A DNA stretch of 64,000 nucleotides from Octopus vulgaris (Eukaryota): the NCBI GenBank assembly GCA_951406725.2, contig OX597814.1, positions 158,472,001 to 158,536,000 of the forward strand, given 5' to 3'. The notes below the pieces were generated by a model. It was not told the DNA's origin, made no database searches, and saw only the letters and a list, made by a program, of their open reading frames with translations. Each line of letters opens with the position of its first letter. The stretch's first letter is position 1. Of the stretch, positions 12,830-23,819 are shown piece by piece. The translations under genes and the position numbers were made by a program.

Positions 12830-13290
12830 GTAAATAATAATAACGGTATTTATATAAGCTTAAAGCAATCACAGTGCAAAGACTAAGGAAGATAGTCTAA
12901 TAATGGGGCATATAATCCCCTCGAAAGACAGATGTAGGCTTTCTCATCCGCATGGGACTCGAGCCCACATCCATTTAACGCGAACCCACATCCCTTTAAC
13001 GCTACTGTGTGTTACCATTACACTAGCGAATTAGCCTCCCTGTCACCGTCAAATTTAAGAACTATATTAGTTCGTAGTTGTTTTTTGTAAACAAACTACT
13101 ATGTGCTGGTGTAATGGTAACGCACTTAGTCGTTAACAAGGGGATGTGGGTTCGAATCCTACGCGGATGGGAAAACCTACTTTTTTCTGTCGAGGGCTTA
13201 TATGCCCTATTATTCCACCATTTTCCTCAGCCTTTGCATGGTGATCTCTATAAGCTTTAAGCTTATATCAATACCATTGTTATTATTTAC
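12830..13290. repeat. Fold-back element whose ~190-bp arms each contain an outward-facing tRNA-like head
   Basis: 12830-13026 is the inverted copy of 13105-13290; right arm GCTGGTGTAATGGTAACG (A box)...GGTTCGAATCC (B box). Confidence 0.8.
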
Positions 13291-13314
13291 ACTATGTATA
13301 TATATATTGTGTAT

Positions 13315-13771
13315 GAGTCACTGAACAATTGATGGACTTGTTGATATGACTGGCATGCTCTTGAGCTCCTGCCAACGAATTTTGTGCGAGGAATTGCAAA
13401 TGAAAATAGGTGTAGCAAAATTTCTGTCTCGCTTGCTCAAGGAAGATCAAAAGCAGTCACGACTTAATGCGTGTCGTGAATTGAAAGAACAGTTGGAAGT
13501 TAATCCGGACCTTTTTTCGAAGGTCATCAGGAGTAAGGAAAGCTGGTGCTACGGAATTTGCCGATGTGGAAGAAGTGAAGCAAAAACGATGGAGGCATTA
13601 AAAGGCATAATTTCTCAAGGGCTTTAGCACTGCTACGAATAGTGGAAAACGGGTTTGGACCGGTGCATTGCTTTAAATAGCAAATACTTTGAAGGCCATA
13701 AAAGTTTAAACATGTAAAACTAAGTGAATAAGATAATAATGCAAAATTCCGGTTTCCTTTGAGTACCCCTT

Positions 13772-13772
<1 letters not shown>
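13315..13772 (+). mobile_element. Internally deleted mariner fragment with 3' end
   Basis: AKFLSRLLKEDQK...LFSKVIRSKESWCYG fused to FADVEEVK...WKTGLDRCIALNSKYFEG. Confidence 0.8.
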
Positions 13773-13804
<32 letters not shown>

Positions 13805-15543
13805 ATTAGCAGCGAATATTGTAAATAAAATATCCCCTCAGCTTCATATTTTATTTATTATTCTCATAACTTTTATACTTTTTATATCGTTTTATTAACC
13901 GCCTTTTAGTATCTACTATGTTATTGCTTTAATTACTTTCTGTGATATCTACTTATCTCCTTCAATAATTCTGACATATTATTTACAAAACATATTCTAT
14001 CATAAAGTTTATATACAACTAACCATTTATGATTGCTTTTAAATATGCTTTCTAATTTATAAATAAGCCATAATAATTATTAACGGTTAAATATAAATTT
14101 CAGTCTCCAGTATTTAAAATTCCGTACTTCCTTATTTGGATATTCTTTTTTCAGCCCCACTTCTTACTTATTATATGGGAGTTTTAAATTAGCTCCTTTA
14201 TAGTAATCTAAAGAGTGAAAGTTAAATATATTTCTATATCATATATATCATCAGCTATCCGTTACTCGATAGTCGTGTTTTAAACAGACATGATTCCAAA
14301 AACAATTACACATTACAAAAATTAGTAAGAGCACCATACCCATGTAATTCTAAAGTATCCCTTTTTTCTTTATTCAGTTTTTATTTTTTTTTCATATTGT
14401 GCTACTGAATTTATTCTCTTTCTGTACGAAACGATCGTATAGCGAAATGAATAAAAAATATTTTATTCCATATTAACATCTAATCTCCTCCATTTACGAA
14501 ATATATGATTGAATTTGTTGAACTTCGTTCTATAACTTAAATCATATACTTAATATATATGTGTGTGCGTGTGAGTTTTGTGTGTGTGTGTGTGCGCGCA
14601 CGCACACATATTCATGGAGCTAATGCAAATTTTTATCACATTTTGTAGTGGAGAAAACAGTCTCGAGAGCAGTGTTTCTGCTCGTATAAATTCTGCTGTT
14701 AGATAAAATATAAAAAGAAAACTGTCTTAGAAGCATTATGGAGAGAATATGGAAGAAGCAAGTAAAATACTATGAAATCAGAAAAGATTAATAAAATTCT
14801 GAAGAATGGTTAAAGGATCGATATAATTTACAAAGACATATTCAGAGATATGGAGTTTATAAAAAAAAATACATTGAGGGCATAGAAATCTATAACATAA
14901 CAAAAGAGTAGCATTATTGAGTTATATATAATAGAGAGAAGTAAAAAGGAAATCAAATAAGATATGAAAGATATTAACCGTTGGCAAGACAGTATTATTT
15001 TCTATACCAAGAGTGGAGTTAAATTTGTTTGTTAAAGGAAAATAAGTGTAAAGTAAAATCAAATATAAAAGTATTGTACACAAATACAGAAAAATAAATT
15101 TTAACAGTTTTACATTAAAAAAGAAATCGAGGGAAAATCACGTAAGTAAATAGAAGAGTATTTGAGAGAGACGGAAGAGTAATGCTCGAAGAAATGCAAA
15201 CAAAAGTTTAGCGATTATGAGAAATACTTCATGATGAGTTCTAGGCGTATGAATTGGGGGTAAACAATGTATTCAGAAAAAGAAACGTAATGTTAATAGG
15301 GAAATTTTAATAGAAGCATTTTAGAATACTGATTGAGCGTCATAAGTTGATAGTGGGTGCCATAATAAAAATGGCAACAAACGAATAAATTATTCAAGGG
15401 TAGCAATGAAAGATACGTGATTCCAACGACCACACATTCAAGCAAAAGTATACATGCATCCATACAAACATAAACACAAAAACAGCCCCCACACTCACAC
15501 ACATATGCACGTACATTCACGCACACGGATGCATATAACTATT

Positions 15544-15615
<72 letters not shown>

Positions 15616-15971
15616 TGATGTACTATTTCGTGCTGCTAAGATTAACAAAAAAAAGTACTCCATCTGGTGATATATAAATATATCTCACAGTATATATTTT
15701 TATGGGCCACTAATAGTTTCATGCGATGAAAACAAATCAGACAGCATTTTATAACATGTCTGGTGCTTTCACGGAATCCTACGGCTCTGCCCACATGGCA
15801 ACGTCCTGTTTTGCTTGCTATGCTATGTGGGTAGAGCTTCAGGGGTGCCTAAAGGCACCACTGTGTTACAAAATGCTCTCTGAGTTATTTTCATCACATG
15901 AAACATTTAATAGCTCATAAAATATATATATATATATATATTTGTAAAAGAGAAGTTTGAAAATGCCACTA

Positions 15972-17260
15972 CGAGGGGCGTTCAATAAGTAATGCCTCTG
16001 ACCCACTTGCATTATTTGATCTAGCATGAAATTTTGCATGTGCAATTATCGATATCTCTATAGATTAAGTGGTAAATTACAGCTCTGAACTAATTGTGGT
16101 TTCTGATTTACAGGTGTTTCAACTGAGTCAAGTGTGAAATGGAGCCTGTTGAGTGTCGGGCAGTGATCCGCTTTTTATATTTGAAAGGACGCACACCACG
16201 GGAGACTTTTGATGAAATGAAAGTAACTTATGGTGATGATGCCCCATCATATGACCTTGTAAAACGCTGGCATTGTGAATTCAAACATGGTCGGAACTCT
16301 GTGGAAACAGCTCCCAGATCTGGTCGCCCCCCTACTGCTATTGATGAGGCATCTGTCCATCAAGTTGCCATTTTGGAAGATCGACGCATAACTATTCGCC
16401 AAATAGCCCATGAGGTCAAGATTAGTACCGGGTCTGTGGAAACCAATCATTCATGACAATTTGCATATGCAAAAGGTGTCTGCCAGATGGATTCCCAGGT
16501 TGCTCACACCTTTCCGGAAGCAAGAACGCGTCGAGTGCTCGAGGATGAATTTGGAGATGTGCCAAGAAGATGAGTCAACATTTTTCAAAAGACTGATTAC
16601 ACAGAATGAAACCTGGGTCCATCACTATGATCCAGAGACAAAAGCCCAGTCAATGCAGTGGAAGCACCGTGACTCACCTCCTCCAAAGAAGAAGGCAAGG
16701 GTGCAGCCCTCCACTAGCAAGATCATGCTCATAGTCTTCTGGGACCAGGACGGAGTAGTGATGACAGATTTCCTGGCAAAGGGCACCACAATTACAGGAG
16801 CCTATTATGCTTCACTTTTGATGAAATTAAGAGAAGCTATCAAAATCAAGAGGCGGGGCAAGATCAGCAAAGGCATCCTCCTCCTGCAGAACAACGCTCC
16901 GGTCCACAACTCGATGGTCGCCAGATCAGAAGCACAGGCGTGCGGCTATGAACTCCTTCACCATGCCCCTACTCTCTTGACCTTGCACCCTCGGACTTTC
17001 ACCTCTTCCCAGCCATGAAGTTGTTTTTGAAAGGAAAGAGTTTCCCAGATGATGCAGCCTTGATTTCTGAAGTCACGTCGTGGTTGGAGGACCAAGCTGG
17101 GGTCTTCTACAAAAACGGTCTCCAGAGCTGCATCAAACAATGGAAGAAATGCGTAACTCTGGGTGGTTTCTATGTAGAAAAAGACTAATAACTGTGCCAA
17201 GTTTCGTTGCTCTACTGGTATGGGAAGTGGTCAGGGGCATTACTTATTGAACGCCCCTCG
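15972..17260 (+). mobile_element. Full-length mariner element (1289 bp, irritans-like), TA target-site duplication, frameshifted transposase
   Basis: TIRs CGAGGGGCGTTCAATAAGTAATGCC and GGCATTACTTATTGAACGCCCCTCG, both flanked by TA; transposase 16139-17188 with WIPRLL, ITQNETWVHHY, LQNNAPVH and DLAPSDFHLF, split by frameshifts. Confidence 0.97.
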
Positions 17261-17347
17261 TATATTAGATAAATTTTAATTTTTACATGTTTCGGTTCTT
17301 GAAATAACGAACCTTATCAAAAAGTATTTTTTTATAATAAAGAGTAA

Positions 17348-17482
17348 AATGGAATAGTTCATAATTGTTTCATACATTCAATAGAGTCCATGCTATATAC
17401 ATAAAAAGTATAATGGAACAGTTCATAATTGTTACATACATTCAATAGAGTCCATGCTATATACATTCAATAGAATCCATGT
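17348..17482. repeat. Local tandem duplication (~65-bp unit, 2+ copies)
   Basis: aatggaa(t/c)agttcataattgtt(t/a)catacattcaatagagtccatgctatatacat occurs twice, plus a partial third copy. Confidence 0.9.
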
Positions 17483-17529
17483 TCTTGAAAAGGCGAAAAA
17501 TATATTATAAGGTGTATGTCGTTCCTTAC

Positions 17530-17559
17530 TGTTTTGTCAAGTGTAGTGCAGGACTTCAT
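17530..17559 (-). CDS. Putative first coding exon of an unidentified host gene (MKSCTTLDKT, phase 0)
   Basis: Minus strand ctataATG AAG TCC TGC ACT ACA CTT GAC AAA ACA|gtaagg, a good donor consensus, inside one of the few non-repetitive islands; no homology evidence. Confidence 0.4.
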
Positions 17560-17949
17560 TATAGATTTTACCTTGTGTTCCGATGGGAGCAACAGTAGTG
17601 ATTCTTGGTTGTTGACTGTTAGCGTATACGCTAACAGTCGACAACCAAGAAAAACTAAGACGATGACAGGTGCAGGACCAAGTAGCAAGTGTATTTATGT
17701 GATGCTCGAGAAAAATGGAAAAGTCTTTTACGTTTCGTGCCTACGCTCTTCCACAGAGAGGAATAAGATGAAATAAATAGAGAGAGAATGAAAAAAACGT
17801 GTTGAAGTCAGTGGTCTAACCTGGCAAATGTTTGGGAAAAAAGAGGTTGAATGAAAAGGAAATAATAATAATAAAGTGAGGTTGAAAAAAGGGGAGATAA
17901 TTCAGGGTGATTCCAACAAAAGGAGGTGCGCAAACGTGTGCGTGTATGT

Positions 17950-18200
17950 GAGAATGGTGTATGTGAGTGTGTAAGTGAGTATGTGTGAATGGAGGCGTGT
18001 GAGTTTGACTCTCTCTCTCTCTCTCTCTCTCGTGCGCGTGTGTGTCTGTGTGTGCGCGTGAGAGACTTAAACTCAGAGAGGGAACTAAGCCCGGAATCTG
18101 CCGAGCGAGTGGTCTTTGCTGATAACGCTACGGAAACAGCCGAAACTGATTGGTCAGTAGAAAGAATTCTCAATCGTTGTTTGAGCGATTACAGTCTCTT
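17950..18200 (-). promoter_or_regulatory. Candidate promoter for the minus-strand gene
   Basis: Unique, locally CpG-richer sequence with a CCAAT box (GACCAATCAG on the minus strand, ~18146-18155) and a (GA)n tract upstream of the putative exon. Confidence 0.3.
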
Positions 18201-18385
18201 TCAGCATATATGTATACAATTATGTACTTTAACTACACCATGAGAGCAATTTAGCTATTATTTCTAGAAATGTAGTGTTCTAACATCCTCGTCGCATTTA
18301 GTGACATTTATAGTTTTCCTCCTTTTTGGTAACACATTGCGCATGGATGTTTAATTAAAATTCTATATGTATGTATATATATGTA

Positions 18386-18419
<34 letters not shown>

Positions 18420-18466
18420 CATAGATATATGTATACATATATACATACATATATATATGTATATAC

Positions 18467-18513
<47 letters not shown>

Positions 18514-18556
18514 GATATATGTATACATATATACATACATATATATATGTATATAC

Positions 18557-18610
<54 letters not shown>

Positions 18611-18637
18611 GTATGTATGTGTGTTTGTGTGTGTATG

Positions 18638-18886
18638 AAGGAGCGAGTTCTAGTGGCCAGGCTGTTCCACTCACGATCGCTAGATCGTGGTTCGAACTCC
18701 ACTCCGAGTGGCGCATTGTGTTCTTGAGCAGAGCACTATATTTATTGAACTCCTGCCCCACTTCCGATCAGGAGGAACTGTTGGCCTGCGCAACTAGCCG
18801 GCAGAGTTCTGTCATTCGAAGGCTAAACGCAAAGCGCATAGCGCCCAGCAATGTTTATCACCGTCCCATAGTGTGTTTGGTCACGT
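18638..18886 (+). mobile_element. tRNA-derived SINE (degenerate)
   Basis: CTAGTGG A-box-like, GGTTCGAACTCC B box, followed by GTGTTCTTGAGCA as in the 58122 SINE. Confidence 0.65.
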
Positions 18887-19534
18887 GAGATATATGTTAG
18901 TGTATGTGTGCGTGTATACGCATACATATATACATACATGCATATATACATAAAGAGAGACAGACACAGAAAAATCAGACGGAGGAGGATAAAGATACAT
19001 TAAATAACAGAAGATGAATTCTGGATTCATCGAATACATTTTCGCTTCCACAAACGCAAGCGCGTAAACCAACTACAACTGCCACCAAATAATGAGGCAG
19101 ATAATCTCAGGAATTAAAAAAATTCTACAATTGATTTGCTATTTAATGAAAAGCCTGTTCGAAAATGTATAATTGCTTTAAACATTTACACATACGCATA
19201 TCGCTTACAACAGATTTCTGAAATTTTTAAATAATGAATTATGAACAACACAGTGTTAACAACAGCCTTCACAGAAGCGTTACAAATGGATAAGGGTATG
19301 TGCACTTTTATTCTCACATACAAACACACTCACGCACACGCACACACACACACACACATATATATAAATATAGGTACGTTCATATGAACTACATACTAAT
19401 GTATAGATATCTATATGATCATAAATACACACACATGTGTGTGCACATAAATGCCTATACATTGTCATATATTTTATAATAAATATTGTAAGTAGCAATT
19501 ATTCAAATTTAAGTAGAATATGTGGGGGTTTTTT

Positions 19535-20002
19535 TTTCAAATTTAGGCACAATGCCTGAAATTTCGAGGTGAGGAGGCTAGTTGATTAAATCGGCACCCA
19601 ATGCTCGACTGATACCTATTTTTACCGACCGCGAAAGAATGAAAGGCAAAGTCAATTCCGCGGAATTCTCACTCAGAACGTAAAGACGGAAGAAATGCTG
19701 GTGTTCATTTTTCACAGCGTACCAGCGACTCTGCCAATTGGCCGCCTTGACTCTGCCAGCTCACCGACTTTCATCTATATAAAAATGTTGATTTCAAATT
19801 TTTGCACAAGGCCAAAATTTTGGAGGAGTGAGTAAGTCGTTTACATCGACACCAGTGCTCATCTGGTATTTATTTTATCGACTTCGACAGGATGAAAAGC
19901 AAAGTCGACTTCGGCAGAATTTGAATTCAGAACGTAAAGACAGATAAATTGTTGCTAAGCATTTTATCTGGCGCAGTAACGATTCTGCCAACTCGTCTCC
20001 TT
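19535..20002 (-). mobile_element. Two adjacent copies of a SINE with a Nin/Deu-like central domain
   Basis: Both contain the reverse complement of GGCGAGCTGGCAGAATCGTT...GAGTTCAAATTCCGCCGAGGTCGACTTTGCCTTTCATCC; related copies at 35640, 43754, 47165 and 54026. Confidence 0.8.
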
Positions 20003-20519
20003 AACCTAAACTTATATATTAAAATGTATATCTGTTAGTAAACAAACTATAGGTTAATATGGTAAAAAAAGTCAACAGTAAAATGTATATAGTGACAAGA
20101 ATAGAAAAAGCAAACGATTTAAGAAATGTAATACACAGTCTTTATGGCATGTACAATTAAGTTTGAATAAGGTCGAATGAAAAAGAAAATAACTAAGAAA
20201 TAAAAGTAATCGTATTAATTTATAGAAGTAGCAGAAATAATTAGTAGCTCATTAGTGAATATATTTACTTTATATTAAGACGATGCATATATGACTGACA
20301 GTTATTCGAGAAATTGATAGAATTGAAGTACTTTAGACTCTTAGATTTGGTGAATTAAATAACAATAAAATACTGTTGAATAATTATCAGCGACAGAAGC
20401 AGTTTTAATCTTCCCCGTGAGGCTAATCTTCAGCCCAAAATAGTTGAAGATTAGCCTCACGCTTGAAACCTAGAGTACCAGTGAATTTGAATCAAACTGT
20501 TTTGATCCATATATATGCA

Positions 20520-20682
20520 TAGACTTCGCTTAGCTTTGTGGTAAGAAGTATGCTTCCCAACCACATTGTCCCGGGTTCAGTTACACTACGTGGAACCTTG
20601 GTCATGTGTCTTCTACTATAGCCTCGGGCCGACTAAAGTCTCGTGAGTAGATTTGGTAGACGGAAACTGAGAGAAGGCCGAC

Positions 20683-20770
<88 letters not shown>

Positions 20771-20978
20771 ATGCGTGTGTGTGTTTGCGTCTTTGAGTCT
20801 GTGTTTATCCCCTACAATCCCTTGACAATTGATATTGGTATGCTTACATCTCTGTAACCTAGCGGTTCGGTGAAAGATCCAATAGAATAAGTACCAGGCT
20901 TACAAGGAATAAATCCTGAAGTCGATTTCATCGACTAAGAGGTGGTACTCTAGCATAGCCGCAGAAAATAAATGAGAC
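20520..20978 (+). mobile_element. Major tRNA-derived SINE with internal (TA)/(TG) microsatellite
   Basis: GTGGTAAGAAG...CCGGGTTCAG...GTGTCTTCTACTATAGCCTCGGGCCGAC...GGTAGACGGAAACTGA; same family as 31676 and 44309. Confidence 0.85.
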
Positions 20979-21321
20979 AGAGAAATGCATCTCAAAATTC
21001 TATTTAATGAAAGCTCATTTTCAAATGAAAACTCATGCAAAATTTTAAGGAAAAGAAACGAAATGAATTTAGAAAGTTCGAAAATATATCAGACGAGAAT
21101 ATTCTATTTTTATTTATATTTTTGCTTTCTTATATTCCTTTTCTATTTATTGCTAACTTTATAATTCTTCTTCGTATACTCATAGCATTCATCCAACTCA
21201 CCAACAATCGTGTCTTTTTAATGTTGTAATGCGTAATTTAACATGCCCGATGTGAACTAGCTGATACATGCACACTGAGCTATAAAAATTCTTTTTCCTT
21301 CATTCTTTACTGATTATTTAA

Positions 21322-21360
21322 TGAGCTGATGATTTTCTGTTGAGACGAAACCAGTCACTC
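21322..21360 (+). ncRNA. Degenerate minimal hammerhead motif
   Basis: gag-CTGATGA-ttttc tgtt gagac-GAAA-CCAG-TC-actc; stem III is one change from the palindrome ACCGGT. Confidence 0.5.
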
Positions 21361-21460
21361 TCTATTCAGAATTGCAACTTAAAAAGGATTAAAATCATTC
21401 TCACGCATTTAACCGCATCAATTAGCAATCCACTAACGAATATATTTACCGAGCCCGGAG

Positions 21461-21517
<57 letters not shown>

Positions 21518-21520
<3 letters not shown>

Positions 21521-21791
21521 AATCTAAAAACAGAAACAATTCCTATCATAGTAGGTGCATTAAGCATGATAAAAAAAATATTCAGACAAATACATAACAA
21601 AAACACCAGGACTTACAAACACATATAACATACAGAAAATTGCACTACTAGGCACTGCACACATCCTACGCAGAACACTTTCCATACAATAACCATCAGA
21701 GCATCACAACAAATTACAGCACATACCCAAGGCACACAGAACTGCGCTCGGTAGTGAAGTGAAAGCACGCTATAAAAAATAAAACTACTGA
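21518..21791 (+). mobile_element. R4/Dong LINE 3' fragment (family A) in (AAT)n
   Basis: Near-identical to the 3' end of the 51213-53970 element (ETIPIIVGAL...QKIALLGTAHILR plus 3' UTR); flanked by (AAT)n. Confidence 0.9.
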
Positions 21792-21812
21792 ATAATAATA
21801 ATAATAATAATA

Positions 21813-21905
<93 letters not shown>

Positions 21906-21964
21906 AAGAAGAAGAAGAAGAAGAAGAAGAAGAATCTTTCTGGCGTCACGATCATTATTATTAA

Positions 21965-22550
21965 TCCAGAAAGAATATAACACACGTTATGACAGTATTG
22001 CAAGGATTGTCCATTGGACACTTCGCAACAAGTATGGACTTGACTGAGCAAAACATTGGTATGAACGTAACACCGAAGGCGTCATCGAAAATGAAAATGC
22101 AAAAATTCTATAGGATTTTATGATTCAGTGCGACCATGAGATTGAGAATAGGAAGCTAGACATAGTGTTAATTGAGAAAGAAAGCAAACGATGCTGGATC
22201 ATAGATATAGCATACCCAGCAGACAACAAGGTATGCGATAAGGAAGAAAGAAAAGTCGACAGATATGAAAAGTTAGCTCGGAAGGTTAAGCAGTTGTGGT
22301 CGTTGAAAAAGTTGGTAGTAGTACCAATAATTGTCGGAGCCCTAGGAACAGTGAGTAAATATCATGAGAGGTACATGGAACAAATAGGGTTGCAATAAGG
22401 ATGGAGCACTTGCAGAAAACAGCACTACTTGGAACCGCTCGAATACTCCGGATGGTGTTCGAAAAATAAGGGATGTTACCTTACTTCAGTGGGAGTGAAC
22501 AGCTGACACCGTAGTACATCTCCAGCGTTAGAAGCTGTGCAAAGAAAATA
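21965..22550 (+). mobile_element. R4/Dong LINE 3' fragment (family B)
   Basis: ENRKLDIVLIEKE..CWIIDIAYPAD..K..Y...VVVPIIVGALG REL endonuclease; paralog of 50116-50870; (AAT)n tail. Confidence 0.9.
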
Positions 22551-22575
22551 GATAATGATAATAATAATAATAATG

Positions 22576-22609
<34 letters not shown>

Positions 22610-22686
22610 TAATAATAATAATATTAATAATAATAATAATAATGAGGAGGAGGAGGAGGAGGATAATAATAATAATGATAATAATG

Positions 22687-22762
<76 letters not shown>

Positions 22763-22779
22763 AAATGATCACATTTCAC

Positions 22780-23062
22780 TCATTTGGAACTTTACCGTTG
22801 AAATTGAGAGAAAGCTAGATGCAAATAAGCCAGACATTATATTGAAGAATTTCAGACAAAAATCATGCCGCCTCATCGATAGGACTGTCCCAATCGACAT
22901 AAATCTTCCAGTCAATAGTTACCAAAAAGTGATCTTGATATAGAAATTGGCAAAATGTGGGACTTCAAGACTAAAACAATGCCTGTTGTCATAAGTGCCC
23001 TAGGAATGATAGCAAAAGGGGCTGATTGCTACCTCGCTCAGATACCAGGAATTCCAAAAATG
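22780..23062 (+). mobile_element. R4/Dong LINE REL fragment (family C)
   Basis: ANKPDII...IDRTVPID...EIGKMWDFKTKTMPVVISALG. Confidence 0.8.
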
Positions 23063-23500
23063 TATCTATCCTCATGTCTTTCAACCTTGTCCACCAAACA
23101 AGCTATTTCGCCACAGCCATCAGGCAAAGAAAAACTGCCTAGCCTGCCCGGTTAAAGGAAGGCATTGGGGCAGTCATCACTACAGACTCAACACATGGAC
23201 GGATCCGTCCAACACATGATAGCAGCTGTTCAACATAACCCCATAAGTCAGCAATGTCCGGACACTGAAAGAGAGCGTGCAGAACGGTTTCTTCACTCTG
23301 CGCGCACCTCGGACAAGCCCGTCTGACAGGACATCTGTGCCTGTAGAGTTTATCTCGAACCGGTAGAGCCCCCACCCCCACCCCTAATAGCACTGCCAGG
23401 TCAAGGGCGTCTGGAAATTTCCCATGATAGTTCCCGGCCGGAACAGACTAGACAGTTTGTTTGCATCGGGGCCCAGAGTCTCTCCGAGAATAGCGATAAT
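23063..23500 (-). mobile_element. L1/Tx1-clade LINE fragment (zf-RVT region)
   Basis: ALPVRDKLYRH...CPRCAQSEETVLHALFQC: CCHC zinc motif typical of the L1/Tx1 ORF2 C-terminus. Confidence 0.8.
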
Positions 23501-23728
23501 AAATCTTTCTGCTTTAGGCGTAAGTTCAACATTATTATTTTTTTTTAGGGCAGGTGGCTGATCTCATTACTGATAGATATTTTGATCTCTGTACATGAAA
23601 AGTGATGATTTACGAGGGATTTGTATGTGTATGTATGTATGCCTCTATGTATGCATGTATGTATGTGTGTGTATGTACGTATGTATGCATGTCTGTATGT
23701 ATATATACATATATATATAATATACACA

Positions 23729-23777
<49 letters not shown>

Positions 23778-23784
23778 TATATAA

Positions 23785-23819
<35 letters not shown>

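Noticed and set aside
13105-13168. Functional tRNA gene
   Set aside because: A and B boxes are present but acceptor and anticodon stems do not pair; it is a repeat-derived tRNA-like head (same for 60589-60757, 38720-38790 and 58122-58195)
18419-18606. Duplicated compound microsatellite block
   Set aside because: Simple slippage, unequal exchange or assembly artefact; no further structure
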